Assembly (NCBI RefSeq): GCF_038871235.1
Contig: NZ_JAVZIN010000007.1
Location: 1-64,000 of the forward strand
Origin: Candidatus Hadarchaeum sp.
GTDB lineage: Archaea; Hadarchaeota; Hadarchaeia; Hadarchaeales; Hadarchaeaceae
DNA length: 64,000 nt
Reading direction: 5' to 3'
The notes beneath the pieces are model-generated. The model was given only the letters and a program-made list of their open reading frames with translations, did not search any database and was not told the origin of the DNA. Positions 9,125 through 18,708 of this stretch are shown one piece after another (the stretch's first letter is position 1; each line of letters begins with the position of its first letter). The translations under genes and the position numbers were made by a program.

Positions 9125-10189
9125 TCAGCGAGTCAGCGCCGCGTAGCCGTCTCTTTTCACCGCCACCGTATCTTCCCAGCGAGCTCCCCCAACACCCGGG
9201 ATGTAAACACCTGGCTCCACGGTGAGTACCATCCCACGGCGAAGGGTGTCCCGCGATAGTGGATATAGGTTCGGGGCCTCGTGAATCTCAAGCCCCACCC
9301 CATGGCCGCCGCCGTGGTTGAAGAATTTTCCGAATCCCGCCCGCCCGATAAACCTTCTGGCGGCGGCATCCACAATTCTTGCTTCTACCCCATCTTTTAT
9401 CCTTTCCAGGGCAGCATGCTGTGCCTCCTTGACCACTTGAAGAATCCTGAGCTGTTTCCTGCTTGGCGAGAGAGCAAACGTCCGCGTCATGTCAGAGGCG
9501 TAACCGTTGAATATCGCGCCCAGGTCAACGACGACGAGCTCTTCCTTTCCCAGCTTTCTCGAGGTCGCGGTTGAGTGTGGCAACCAAGAATTGTTACCCG
9601 AGGCGACGATGGTTGGGAACGGGGTCCCTTCCGATCCCGCCTTTCTCATTTCATACTCGATCTCAGCAGCAATCTCAAGCTCAGTTCTACCAGGTTCGAT
9701 GAGTTCCGCCGCCAGCTTCATCCCGAGCACCGCTATTTTTGCCGATCTTCGCAGCAGGTTCAGCTCTTCAGATGATTTTATCATCCGCAGGTTTTGCACG
9801 ACTTCCGGTGACAGCAGATAGCCGGCTTCATGCAGGCCGCGGATTTTTCTGATGAAGTTCCTGTCTCCACCATCATATCCAACCGAGCGGGAGCCGATTT
9901 CCTCGAGTACCTTGGCGATGAGCTGCCAGAGCTCCATGAAAAAGACCCTTTCACCTCGTTGCAGCGGGGCCTTCCAGCTGGAAAAGCCCCTGATGTCCTT
10001 AATCTTGCTCTCCCTCTTGGCCCGCTCCAGCTCCAGTCGGCTGCAGATCAAAATAGGTTCACCGTCGACCGGTACAATTACTGCCTTGGCCGCGGTGGTT
10101 TCGGCCAAGTAGCGGGTGTTCCTGAGGGAGAGGTAAGCATCTAGGCCGCGCCTTTCGAGTTCTCCTTTCAACCTCTTAATTTTTTTCAA
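9125..10189 (-). CDS. pepQ: Xaa-Pro peptidase (M24 family)
   Basis: LRMIKS..E, DLGA...YASDMTRT, HGGGHGVGLEIHE, TVEPGVY and GARWED. Confidence 0.92.
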   Translation of the reverse strand: MKKIKRLKGELERRGLDAYLSLRNTRYLAETTAAKAVIVPVDGEPILICSRLELERAKRESKIKDIRGFSSWKAPLQRGERVFFMELWQLIAKVLEEIGSRSVGYDGGDRNFIRKIRGLHEAGYLLSPEVVQNLRMIKSSEELNLLRRSAKIAVLGMKLAAELIEPGRTELEIAAEIEYEMRKAGSEGTPFPTIVASGNNSWLPHSTATSRKLGKEELVVVDLGAIFNGYASDMTRTFALSPSRKQLRILQVVKEAQHAALERIKDGVEARIVDAAARRFIGRAGFGKFFNHGGGHGVGLEIHEAPNLYPLSRDTLRRGMVLTVEPGVYIPGVGGARWEDTVAVKRDGYAALTR

Positions 10190-10287
10190 GCCGAACCCAC
10201 TATCTTTTGCCTTCCCGGTAAAATAAGGGTGAAGTCGGCGATTGATCGCTTATAAATAACCAGCACAAAAATTGTCGTTGGGTCATC

Positions 10288-10605
10288 TTGGTGTTGGTTC
10301 AGTCGGTGTTCGACAACGATGTCCGTCTCAATTTTTCCACACTCAGAATCACCCTCGCCCGACATCCGGAGATGGTCAAGATGAAGCGGCTGGATCAAGA
10401 GGTGGTCACCGCAGTCTCGGAACCTGATTTTGTCCTCGCAGGCAAGTATGGAGAGAACATCGCCGTCAAGAGGATCGTGGCCGGTTACTTTTCAGGTAAG
10501 TGGCTGCTGGTCCCATATCAGGAGGGTGGGGACGTGAGTACGGTTTCAGCAACATCGCAAATAGAAAAAATGGTGGGAGGAAGGCTGATCCTGTGGAAGC
10601 GGTAA
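10288..10605 (+). CDS. Hypothetical protein, putative toxin (RelE/barnase-like fold) partnered with DUF2283
   Basis: VRL...RHPEM...VSEPDFV..G...KWLLVPY...LWKR pattern. It overlaps the downstream DUF2283 gene. Confidence 0.55.
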   Translation: MVLVQSVFDNDVRLNFSTLRITLARHPEMVKMKRLDQEVVTAVSEPDFVLAGKYGENIAVKRIVAGYFSGKWLLVPYQEGGDVSTVSATSQIEKMVGGRLILWKR

Positions 10606-10796
10606 TAAAAAATGTTGAGGACATCGATGCCTTTTATGACCGCGTTCATGACGTCCTTTACCTCAGTTTTGGCGGGGTTTATCCCGCCGAAGATTCTGAG
10701 CTGACCAGTAAGGATGTGATAGTCAGATACCGAGGACGCCGTATCGTTGGCATTACAATACTGGAGTTCTTCAAGCGCGTTTGCCGGTCAACGTGA
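10593..10796 (+). CDS. DUF2283-family protein (putative antitoxin)
   Basis: GTG start overlapping the upstream gene, with the signature YDRVHDVLYLSF...DVIVRY...IVGITIL. Confidence 0.75.
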   Translation: MEAVIKNVEDIDAFYDRVHDVLYLSFGGVYPAEDSELTSKDVIVRYRGRRIVGITILEFFKRVCRST

Positions 10797-10866
10797 TTTT
10801 TTAGCTTTCAGTCCCGAAGAGCCTGTGATATTTATTTAGCGGGACTATCATTATTGGGGATAATTT

Positions 10867-11409
10867 TTGAGGGCAGCATTGATCGTTATTGATATGATTA
10901 ACGACTTCGTGACGGGTAAGTTCGGTTTCAAGGGTGCTCTGGAAATCGTGCCCCGGATTCAGCAGCTACTCACAGCCGCCAGAGTCAAGGGAGTTACGGT
11001 GATTCATGCCTGCGATGCCCACACCCCAGCCGATCCCGAGTTACGGGTCTGGGGCGAGCACGCCATGGCCGGCACTAGGGGGGCTGAAGTAATCCCAGAG
11101 CTGAGCCCCCTCAAGGGCGAGGCAGTGATCTCCAAGCGCACCTATGATATTTTTCAGGTGCCCAGATTGGTGAGACTTCTCAAGAAAAAGGGCATCGAGG
11201 AGCTTGTGCTGGTCGGGGTCGTAACTGAGATATGCATCCAACACTCAGCGGCCGGGGCTTTCTTCAACGGCTACCGGGTGGTGATTCCGAAGGACTGTGT
11301 GGCCTCCCCGGACGAAAGGGACAAGGAGCGCGCTTTGGAATATATGAGGAGAATTTACGGCGCGCAAATCACAAATTCTAAGGAAATAATCAAAGGGTGG
11401 GGAAAATGA
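10867..11409 (+). CDS. pncA: Isochorismatase-family cysteine hydrolase, probable nicotinamidase
   Basis: ALIVIDMINDF, DAH, WGEHA, KRTYD and VTEICIQHS. It is coupled to pncB by an ATGA overlap. Confidence 0.85.
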   Translation: MRAALIVIDMINDFVTGKFGFKGALEIVPRIQQLLTAARVKGVTVIHACDAHTPADPELRVWGEHAMAGTRGAEVIPELSPLKGEAVISKRTYDIFQVPRLVRLLKKKGIEELVLVGVVTEICIQHSAAGAFFNGYRVVIPKDCVASPDERDKERALEYMRRIYGAQITNSKEIIKGWGK

Positions 11410-12602
11410 GAACCTTCAACGTTGCCTCCGATGAGGAGATAAAAAAGGGCGCCACCACCGATATCTACTTCGTCCGGACAAGCCAAGTCCTGAAGGCGAA
11501 GGGGCTTGATGGAAAAAGAGTGATTGCGGAGGTGACTGCAGGAGGGCTCCCGGAGGGCTGGCCCTGGGGGGTCCTCTGCGGCTTGGATGAGGTGGCCACC
11601 CTCTTTGAGGGCTATCCGGTCGATGTCTACGCAATCCCTGAGGGAACCATTTTCCGCCCGCAGGATCATTTTGGAAACAGGTTGCCCGTCATTGTCATCG
11701 CGGGACCTTATGGTAGTTTCTGCGAGCTAGAAACACCAATGCTGGGGCTGATCTGTCAAGCATCGGGCGTGGCCACGATGGCGGCTAGGTTGAGAAAGCT
11801 GGCCTGGGAGAAGCTGCTGGTCTCCTTCGGCATCAGGCGCGTCCACCCGGCCCTTTCCCCGATGATTGACCGGGCGGCCTACATTGGCGGGTTTAATGGG
11901 GTTTCCAGCCTCTCTGGTGCAAAGAAGATTGGAAAGGAGCCGATGGGGACAATGCCCCACGCCCTGATCGTTGTCTTCGGTGATCAGGTGAAAGCTTGGA
12001 AGGCATTCGACCAAGTGATCCCGCGGCAGGTGAACAGGGTGGCGCTGGTTGACACCTACTTTGACGAGAAGGCGGAGGCCATCATGGCAGCCGAGGCCCT
12101 TGGTAAAAATCTCTGGGGAGTCAGACTGGACACGCCGAGTTCGAGGAGGGGGAACTTCGTCGAGATAATCAAAGAGATTAGATGGGAACTAGACATCCGT
12201 GGCCATCGTCAGGTGAAGATAGTGGTCTCAGGGGGGATAAACGACCAGAACATAACCGAGCTGGTCAATGCAGGAGTGGACGGCTTTGGGATCGGGACCT
12301 CTCTGAGCAATGCCCCCACGATTGATTTTGCCATGGATATAGTCGAGATGGATGGAAAGCCCGTGGCCAAGCGAGGAAAACTCGGGGGAAGAAAGCAGGT
12401 CTGGAGATGTCGAAGGTGTCTGAAGGATGTGGTGACGCCGTTTGGGGAGCGAGCGCCGCGATGTCCTGCCTGTCGCGGAGGAACCGCACCGCTGTTACAG
12501 CCATTGATAAAAGGTGGAAAAATCGTGGCGGAGGAGAAGTCCGTGGACAGGATAAGGTCTTATGTGCTGTCGCAGTTAAAGAGAATTCCAATGGTGGCCT
12601 AG
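11406..12602 (+). CDS. pncB: Nicotinate phosphoribosyltransferase
   Basis: TDIYF, SFGIRR, GTMPHAL, LVDTY, GVRLDTP, SGGI, GIGT, AKRGK and a C-terminal Zn ribbon. Confidence 0.93.
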   Translation: MRTFNVASDEEIKKGATTDIYFVRTSQVLKAKGLDGKRVIAEVTAGGLPEGWPWGVLCGLDEVATLFEGYPVDVYAIPEGTIFRPQDHFGNRLPVIVIAGPYGSFCELETPMLGLICQASGVATMAARLRKLAWEKLLVSFGIRRVHPALSPMIDRAAYIGGFNGVSSLSGAKKIGKEPMGTMPHALIVVFGDQVKAWKAFDQVIPRQVNRVALVDTYFDEKAEAIMAAEALGKNLWGVRLDTPSSRRGNFVEIIKEIRWELDIRGHRQVKIVVSGGINDQNITELVNAGVDGFGIGTSLSNAPTIDFAMDIVEMDGKPVAKRGKLGGRKQVWRCRRCLKDVVTPFGERAPRCPACRGGTAPLLQPLIKGGKIVAEEKSVDRIRSYVLSQLKRIPMVA

Positions 12603-13406
12603 ATGGACCAACAGACGGTGAGGAAACAGCTAGCTAAGGCGAAGAGGATTGTGGTTAAGATAGGCACCAGCAGCATCACCGATGAGAACCATCGCCTTGA
12701 CCCGGAGAAGATCGGCAGGCTGGTATCCAACGTGATGGGGCTGCGGTCGCGGGGCAAGGAGGTCATCTTGGTTTCTTCGGGAGCCATTGGGGCAGGTATT
12801 GGCCGTCTCAACCTTGACGGCAGACCCAAGGACATCCCCGCCTTGCAGGCGACAGCTGCGGTGGGCCAAGGCATGCTGATGCAGGTTTACTCCAAGTATT
12901 TTGGCGAGTATCAACAGCCGGTGGCGCAGATCTTGCTAACGGCGGAGGACTTCAGCAACCCCCGGCGCTACCGGAACTTCAGGAATATGCTTGCCACGTT
13001 AATGAAGTGGGGTGTGGTCCCGGTAGTCAATGAGAACGACAGCGTGGCCTCAGATGAGATAAGGCTGGGCGACAATGACATCCTCTCCGCTTATGTTTCC
13101 ATAGGTGCTTCGGCCGATCTCCTCGTGATCTTGACCGATGTCGATGGTCTTTATATGGGCTATTCCAAACGGGGAAACCGTGGTAAGTTGATTAAGACGG
13201 TTGATGGGTCGCTGAACGTGGAACGGTACGTGGATAAGGCCTCCCGGGGTTTTGGTGGCATGCTCACCAAGATTAAGGCGGCCCGGATGGTGACGGAGAA
13301 AGGTATCCCAGTGGTGATAGCCAGCAGCAGCGAGGAGAAGGTTCTGGAGAGAATTTTGGACGGAGAGGAAATCGGTACCTTGTTTCTTCCGGTGAGATTA
13401 AGATGA
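12603..13406 (+). CDS. proB: Glutamate 5-kinase (no PUA domain)
   Basis: VVKIGTSS, VSSGAIGAG, AAVGQ, VNENDSV, GDNDILS and GGMLTK. Confidence 0.95.
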   Translation: MDQQTVRKQLAKAKRIVVKIGTSSITDENHRLDPEKIGRLVSNVMGLRSRGKEVILVSSGAIGAGIGRLNLDGRPKDIPALQATAAVGQGMLMQVYSKYFGEYQQPVAQILLTAEDFSNPRRYRNFRNMLATLMKWGVVPVVNENDSVASDEIRLGDNDILSAYVSIGASADLLVILTDVDGLYMGYSKRGNRGKLIKTVDGSLNVERYVDKASRGFGGMLTKIKAARMVTEKGIPVVIASSSEEKVLERILDGEEIGTLFLPVRLR

Positions 13407-14734
13407 GCGAGGTCCTTGAAAAGGCGGCTGCGGCTAGGAAGGCGGCCCTGAAACTGGCCACCATCACCACCGAGGTCAAGAATTCGGCCCTACTGAAGGT
13501 CGCCTCGGCCATCCTAGAGAATAAAGAGGCACTTTTGAGGGCCAATGCTGAGGACCTGAAGGCAGCCGAAGGACTCTTAAAGAGGGGTAGAATTTCCTCT
13601 CCACTATTTCAGAGGCTCAAGCTTTCCGAGGACAAGCTGAAGGAGATCGCCAAGATGGTTCGAAGTGTTGCGGAGCTTGAGGACCCCGTGGGACGGACTC
13701 TGTATGCCGTGGAGCTTGATCGGGGCCTTGAGCTTTACAAGGTTTCCTGCCCCATCGGAGTTATCGGCGCGATATTCGAGGCCCGCCCCGACGTCCTGCC
13801 ACAGATATCAGTGCTCTGTTTAAAGTCGGGAAACGCGGTGGTGCTCAAAGGGGGCAGCGAGGCCCGGCGCTCCAATGAGGCCTTCTTCAACGTGATTAAA
13901 GCAGCCAGTGAGGCGACTGGAATTCCGCCCGGGTGGATCCAGCTGATCGAGGCCAGAAGGGAGGTCAGGGAATTGCTGAGACTGGACGAATATATTGATC
14001 TGCTGGTTCCCAGAGGAAGCAAGGAATTCGTTAAGTTCATTCAGGCGAACACCAACATCCCAGTCCTCGGGCACGCTGAAGGGCTCTGTCACATCTACGT
14101 GGACGCCGACGCCGACATCGAGAAGGCGTTAAAGATCTGCTACGATGCCAAGGTACAGTATCCGGCCGTCTGTAACGCTGTGGAGACGATCTTGGTGCAC
14201 AGCAGAATCGCTGAGCAATTTTTAAAGCCGCTGGGAAAACTTTACGCTGAAGCCGGTGTTGAAATTAGGGGCGACGAAAGGGTGAGGAAAATCATTCCCG
14301 AAGCCAAACGGGCCACGGAGAAGGACTGGCGCACCGAGTATTTGGATCTGATCATCTCAATCAAGGTGGTCGACAGCATTCAAGAAGCCATAGACCACAT
14401 CAACACATACGGCTCCAAACACACCGATGCCATTGTAACCGAGAACGGAAGGAACGCCCGGCTCTTTCTCACCGAGGTCGACTCATCCAGCGTGATGCTC
14501 AATGCTTCCACTAGGTTCAGTGATGGCTACCGCTATGGACTTGGGGCCGAGGTCGGCATTTCCACAGGCAAGATCCACGCCCGCGGCCCGGTTGGTCTTG
14601 AAGGGCTGACCACCTCAAAATACTACTTGCTCGGAGACGGACATGTTGTGGCCGACTACTTGGGACCGGAGGCCAAACCTTTTACCCACGTCCCGCTGAA
14701 AAAAAGATGGTCTGAGGTTGAAAGGGAACTCTAG
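13403..14734 (+). CDS. proA: Gamma-glutamyl phosphate reductase
   Basis: PIGVIGAIFEARP, KSGNAVVLKGGSEA, PAVCNAVET, NASTRFSDG and HARGPVGLEGL. Confidence 0.96.
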   Translation: MSEVLEKAAAARKAALKLATITTEVKNSALLKVASAILENKEALLRANAEDLKAAEGLLKRGRISSPLFQRLKLSEDKLKEIAKMVRSVAELEDPVGRTLYAVELDRGLELYKVSCPIGVIGAIFEARPDVLPQISVLCLKSGNAVVLKGGSEARRSNEAFFNVIKAASEATGIPPGWIQLIEARREVRELLRLDEYIDLLVPRGSKEFVKFIQANTNIPVLGHAEGLCHIYVDADADIEKALKICYDAKVQYPAVCNAVETILVHSRIAEQFLKPLGKLYAEAGVEIRGDERVRKIIPEAKRATEKDWRTEYLDLIISIKVVDSIQEAIDHINTYGSKHTDAIVTENGRNARLFLTEVDSSSVMLNASTRFSDGYRYGLGAEVGISTGKIHARGPVGLEGLTTSKYYLLGDGHVVADYLGPEAKPFTHVPLKKRWSEVEREL

Positions 14735-14748
14735 AGGTCGGTGGTGGT

Positions 14749-15231
14749 TTGAAGTTCCGGAAGGTTGTGGTCGGCGGCACTTTTGATTACCTGCACAATG
14801 GACACCTTGCCATTATCTCCAGGGCCTATGAGATTGGGGAACGGGTTACCATAGGCATCTGCTCTGACGAGATGCAGCAGCTCCTTATGAAGGACTCCGC
14901 CGGCATCCAACCTTTACCCATCAGATTATGGAGGCTTCTGAATGAGCTGCACAACCGGGGCTGGCTAGGGCGCACGGAACTAAATGTTTTATCGGATCCT
15001 TACGGGACCGCGGTCAGCGACAGGAACATCGATGCGATAGTTGTCAGCCCGGAGACAAGAGCGAGGGCTGAGGAGATAAACAGGATCCGGATTTCAAAGG
15101 GCCTGAATCCTCTGGAAATCGTGGAAATCCCGTTTGTCCTGGCCGAGGACGGCAAGCCGATCTCCTCAATAAGAATTCGGTATGGCGAGATCGACGTCCA
15201 CGGTAAAAAACTGAACCAATCTAGGATTTAG
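14749..15231 (+). CDS. coaD: Phosphopantetheine adenylyltransferase (archaeal)
   Basis: VGGTFDYLHNGH, DPYG, VVSPET and PISSIRIR. It lies next to coaBC. Confidence 0.9.
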   Translation: MKFRKVVVGGTFDYLHNGHLAIISRAYEIGERVTIGICSDEMQQLLMKDSAGIQPLPIRLWRLLNELHNRGWLGRTELNVLSDPYGTAVSDRNIDAIVVSPETRARAEEINRIRISKGLNPLEIVEIPFVLAEDGKPISSIRIRYGEIDVHGKKLNQSRI

Positions 15232-15295
15232 CGACTAAGCTTTAAATTACGGACCAAACAACGTTTAAGCGCGATGGAAAGCCCATGGTGAATTT

Positions 15296-16501
15296 ATGCA
15301 TCCGTCAAAGGATATACAGGGCACGAGTGGTTCAGAACTAAGCGGCCGCAAGATTGCCCTCTGTATCACGGGTAGCGTTGCCGCGGTCAAGTGTCCTGAG
15401 CTGGCAAGGGAACTCATGCGCCAGGGGGCCGAGGTGCGCACCTGCATGTCCCAGCAGGCCACCCAGCTGATAACGCCGGAACTGATGCACTGGGCCACCG
15501 GTAACGAGGTCGTCGTCAGGCTCACCGGCAGGTTGGAGCACGTGGAGCTGGCGGAGTGGTCCGACTTAGTTCTGGTGGCACCGGCCACCGCTAACACGAT
15601 TGCTAAAATATCCTGCGCTATTGATGACACCCCGGTGACCTCCGTCGTCTCGGTTGCCCTCGGGCTCAAAAAGCCCGTGGTGGTGGTTCCAGCGATGCAT
15701 GCGTCGATGTTTGCCCATGAACTCTTTCAGCAGCACTTGACGAGGCTCCGCTCGGTCGGTATCCAAGTCATAGGGCCGAAAATTGAGGAGGGTAGGGCCA
15801 AGATAGCCGAGGTTGGAGAGATAGTTCAAGTTGTCATCAGGACACTGGGTCCTAAAGACATGGCTGGTCGCCGGGTTCTGGTCACGGCTGGCCCCACCAT
15901 CGAGCCGATAGATCCAGTCAAGATAATCACCAATCGGAGTTCGGGAAAGATGGGTCTGGCCATAGCCCGCGCGGCTGCGGCCAGAGGCGCCGAGGTATCT
16001 TTGATTTATGGTCCCGGCACCGAGATCCCACCAACTGGGGTGAAGGTGATCAGAGTGCAGACGACACAGGAGATGCGAGATGCCTTTGTGAAGGAGCTGG
16101 AGTTGCGACCCGACATAGTTGTTGCTGCAGCGGCTCCTCAGGATTTCGTTGTGGAAAGACCATCTGAGTGTAAACTCAGACATACGGAACCGGTGACGCT
16201 CAGGTTGATTCCTGCTCCCCGTGTTCTTTCAGGAGTGCGCGAGTTCTCCCCAAGTTCCTTCGTGATCGGTTTTAAGACAGAATGTGGGGTTAGCGATGAG
16301 GAACTCTTTCACGCCGCAGAAGCCAAGTTGAATGAGGGTCTCGATATGGTGGTGGCAAATGACGTGAGTCGGCCAGGAGCAGGATTTGGCACCGACACCA
16401 ACGAGGTTCTGATCGTCACGAGATCAGGCTGGAGAAAAATGAGGGCCACTAAGACAGAGATTGCAGGAGTGATCTTGGATTTGGCTGTGGCTAAAGCTTA
16501 A
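15296..16501 (+). CDS. coaBC: Bifunctional phosphopantothenoylcysteine decarboxylase/synthetase
   Basis: ITGSVAA, APATANT, PAMH, TAGPTIEPIDPV, NRSSGKMG and VVANDV. Confidence 0.95.
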   Translation: MHPSKDIQGTSGSELSGRKIALCITGSVAAVKCPELARELMRQGAEVRTCMSQQATQLITPELMHWATGNEVVVRLTGRLEHVELAEWSDLVLVAPATANTIAKISCAIDDTPVTSVVSVALGLKKPVVVVPAMHASMFAHELFQQHLTRLRSVGIQVIGPKIEEGRAKIAEVGEIVQVVIRTLGPKDMAGRRVLVTAGPTIEPIDPVKIITNRSSGKMGLAIARAAAARGAEVSLIYGPGTEIPPTGVKVIRVQTTQEMRDAFVKELELRPDIVVAAAAPQDFVVERPSECKLRHTEPVTLRLIPAPRVLSGVREFSPSSFVIGFKTECGVSDEELFHAAEAKLNEGLDMVVANDVSRPGAGFGTDTNEVLIVTRSGWRKMRATKTEIAGVILDLAVAKA

Positions 16502-16502
16502 G

Positions 16503-17441
16503 ATGCTGGTGGTCAGGCTGGCGGAATCGTTGAAATTGCGAAAACAGCCTTCAAGCGCAGCAGCGTTTGTTCCAGCCCACATCTCCGGTTTTTTTCAACC
16601 CTGTGAAGCCAGCACACCTGAGAGGACGGGATCAAGGAACTGTGGGCCATGCTTGAATTTTGGTGTAAGAACGGAGGTTAATGTTGAAAGTTCCGACCGC
16701 AACAGGGTGGAGGTGTTTATTAATGGCAAGCCGGCACCCGAGGCTAAGACGACGTTGACGGTAGCGGAGCAAATTTTGAGCCAGGTGGAAGAGACTTTTC
16801 GGTTGAGAGTAGATCATTTCTGTGAGGTACCGGTGGGCGCCGGATACGGAGCAAGCGGGGCCGGGGCTTTGGGCACGGCTTTTTCCCTAGCCAAGGCGTT
16901 GGGCCTGCGCCTGTCAAGACGCCAACTGGTGACAGCGGCCCACGTGGCTGAAGTGCGTTGCTGCACTGGGCTGGGTGACGTGGGCGCCCAAGCTCACGGT
17001 GGTCTTGTCATTGGTTTGGAGCCCGGTGCACCACCATACGGAAGATGGAAGGGGATAAGAGTGCCCCGGGAGGTTAAAATTATCTGCGCCACTTTGGGTC
17101 CCATTCCTTCGAAGAAACTTTTGAGCGAAGCGGATTTCAGGAGGCGCGCCGGAGAAGTGGGGACCTTGGCTTTCAAAAAAATGATGGAACGGCCGGACGT
17201 CTATAACTTCATCACCGCCTCGAAGGAGTTTGCGGAGAATTTGGGACTTTTCGACGACGAGCTGAAGGAGCTGGCCAGAGCGGCTGAGAGGTCCGGGGCC
17301 ATTGGCGCCAGCCAGGTCATGATCGGGCGCGCGGTTTTTGCCATTGCCTGTGGGGAAAGCATCGCCCGTGTTCAAAGGACCTTTCTGGAGATGCTGGATG
17401 CTGAGTCGCTCTTGGTCGCCGACATTTATCGGGGCGGATGA
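16503..17441 (+). CDS. Pantoate kinase (GHMP family)
   Basis: FVPAHISGFF, PVGAGYGASGAG, AHVAEV..TGLGDV, PGAP and SQVMIG. It lies in the CoA cluster. Confidence 0.9.
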   Translation: MLVVRLAESLKLRKQPSSAAAFVPAHISGFFQPCEASTPERTGSRNCGPCLNFGVRTEVNVESSDRNRVEVFINGKPAPEAKTTLTVAEQILSQVEETFRLRVDHFCEVPVGAGYGASGAGALGTAFSLAKALGLRLSRRQLVTAAHVAEVRCCTGLGDVGAQAHGGLVIGLEPGAPPYGRWKGIRVPREVKIICATLGPIPSKKLLSEADFRRRAGEVGTLAFKKMMERPDVYNFITASKEFAENLGLFDDELKELARAAERSGAIGASQVMIGRAVFAIACGESIARVQRTFLEMLDAESLLVADIYRGG

Positions 17442-17462
17442 GCCATCGTTGGAGAATTTTCT

Positions 17463-17984
17463 TTAAAAGGTTTCCAGATGTATTCTTTCCTTCAACGGTG
17501 TCCGGGGAGTGGGCTTTGGCTTTTCGCGTGGCTTGCCAATCGGAATCATTATCAGCGGCCTAATTCCCTCGGGCGCCTTTATGGCTTCAGCGACAGCTTT
17601 TTCATCGAAGGCTCCAACCCAGCAGGTGCCATAGCCTAGGGCGTAGGCCGCGAGGTGGATATTTTGTGCCACGGCTGCTGTGTCCTGAATGCAGTAGAGG
17701 TTTCTCCCTCGATCACCATAGCGGCTGGCGGTTCGGTTAATGTCCGCGCAGATTACAATAACGACTGGGGCCTCGGCCAAGAAGCTCTGGCCCCGGGCCG
17801 CCTGAACCAGCTTTTGCTTGTTCTTCAGGTCCTTAACAATGACAAATTCCCAAGGCTGGCAATTCCCCGCGCTGGGGGCGGCTATTCCCGCCTCCAGAAT
17901 TTTATCCAGATCGGCGTTTTTAATGGGTTCAGGGATAAAGCCGCGGATGCTCCTCCGTCCCTTGATCGCCTCGAAGACATCCAT
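17463..17984 (-). CDS. Nitroreductase-family protein
   Basis: RRSIR, APSAGNCQPWEF and LGYGTCWVGAF. Confidence 0.92.
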   Translation of the reverse strand: MDVFEAIKGRRSIRGFIPEPIKNADLDKILEAGIAAPSAGNCQPWEFVIVKDLKNKQKLVQAARGQSFLAEAPVVIVICADINRTASRYGDRGRNLYCIQDTAAVAQNIHLAAYALGYGTCWVGAFDEKAVAEAIKAPEGIRPLIMIPIGKPREKPKPTPRTPLKERIHLETF

Positions 17985-18039
17985 TCAATCGCCGAAGTAA
18001 TTTTATAAAAGAGTGTTAAAAGTTCTTTTGGTGGATTCG

Positions 18040-18294
18040 GTGATTGAGTCCTCAGAACTGGACTGGATAGTCCAGAAGACGGCGGAATTCCTCGCCGACA
18101 AGGTCAAGGACGGCCCCCTGACCGATCGGGACATCAACCTAGCTTTCGAAATCTTTGCTAGACCGCGTCTGGAGAGCTTAAGTTCATCGTTCGAGAGCGA
18201 TCTGGAGCGCATCCAAGCGCGCGATTTAATCATGATGAAGCTGAACGACCGGGCCAAGCAGCTCAATGCTGAATTTTGGAAAAAGACAGAATAA
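18040..18294 (+). CDS. Hypothetical protein
   Basis: The ORF fills the gap with a charged helical composition. GTG follows GGTGGA, and a TTTTATAAA box lies at about 18001. Confidence 0.55.
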   Translation: MIESSELDWIVQKTAEFLADKVKDGPLTDRDINLAFEIFARPRLESLSSSFESDLERIQARDLIMMKLNDRAKQLNAEFWKKTE

Positions 18295-18378
18295 TTGCCT
18301 TTAGCCTGTTAATCGTTGACGTTCCATAGCTTGGGAAGTACGGGGCAAAGAATTGAGGGGAACCGTCCTTGTTCGGTT

Positions 18379-18666
18379 TTAGATCAGGAGAGGCTTGCCC
18401 GTCCAGATCCAGAAGATAATCAACAGGCAAATTATGGCAACCAAGATTAATCCCACGCCCCACTTTCTCGCTTGAGCCTTGATGCAGATGTAACCGAAAA
18501 TCCCGGTGGCGCCTATGATCACAATCAACACGATGGTAAGGATGATCTGGGCAATCAGCTTAACCCAGCCCCCACCGAGGAAAAATCCAAGGAGAGGCAG
18601 CACGATGACGAGGAAGACGATGATTCCCAGCAGGTACGCCGTCCTCATCTTTCCACCAATGCCCAT
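18379..18666 (-). CDS. Hypothetical membrane protein (3 TM)
   Basis: Three long hydrophobic segments. Confidence 0.65.
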   Translation of the reverse strand: MGIGGKMRTAYLLGIIVFLVIVLPLLGFFLGGGWVKLIAQIILTIVLIVIIGATGIFGYICIKAQARKWGVGLILVAIICLLIIFWIWTGKPLLI

Positions 18667-18708
18667 TACGTGTGGTTCTTTTAAAAGTTAGTGTAATACC
18701 AGTAGGGA

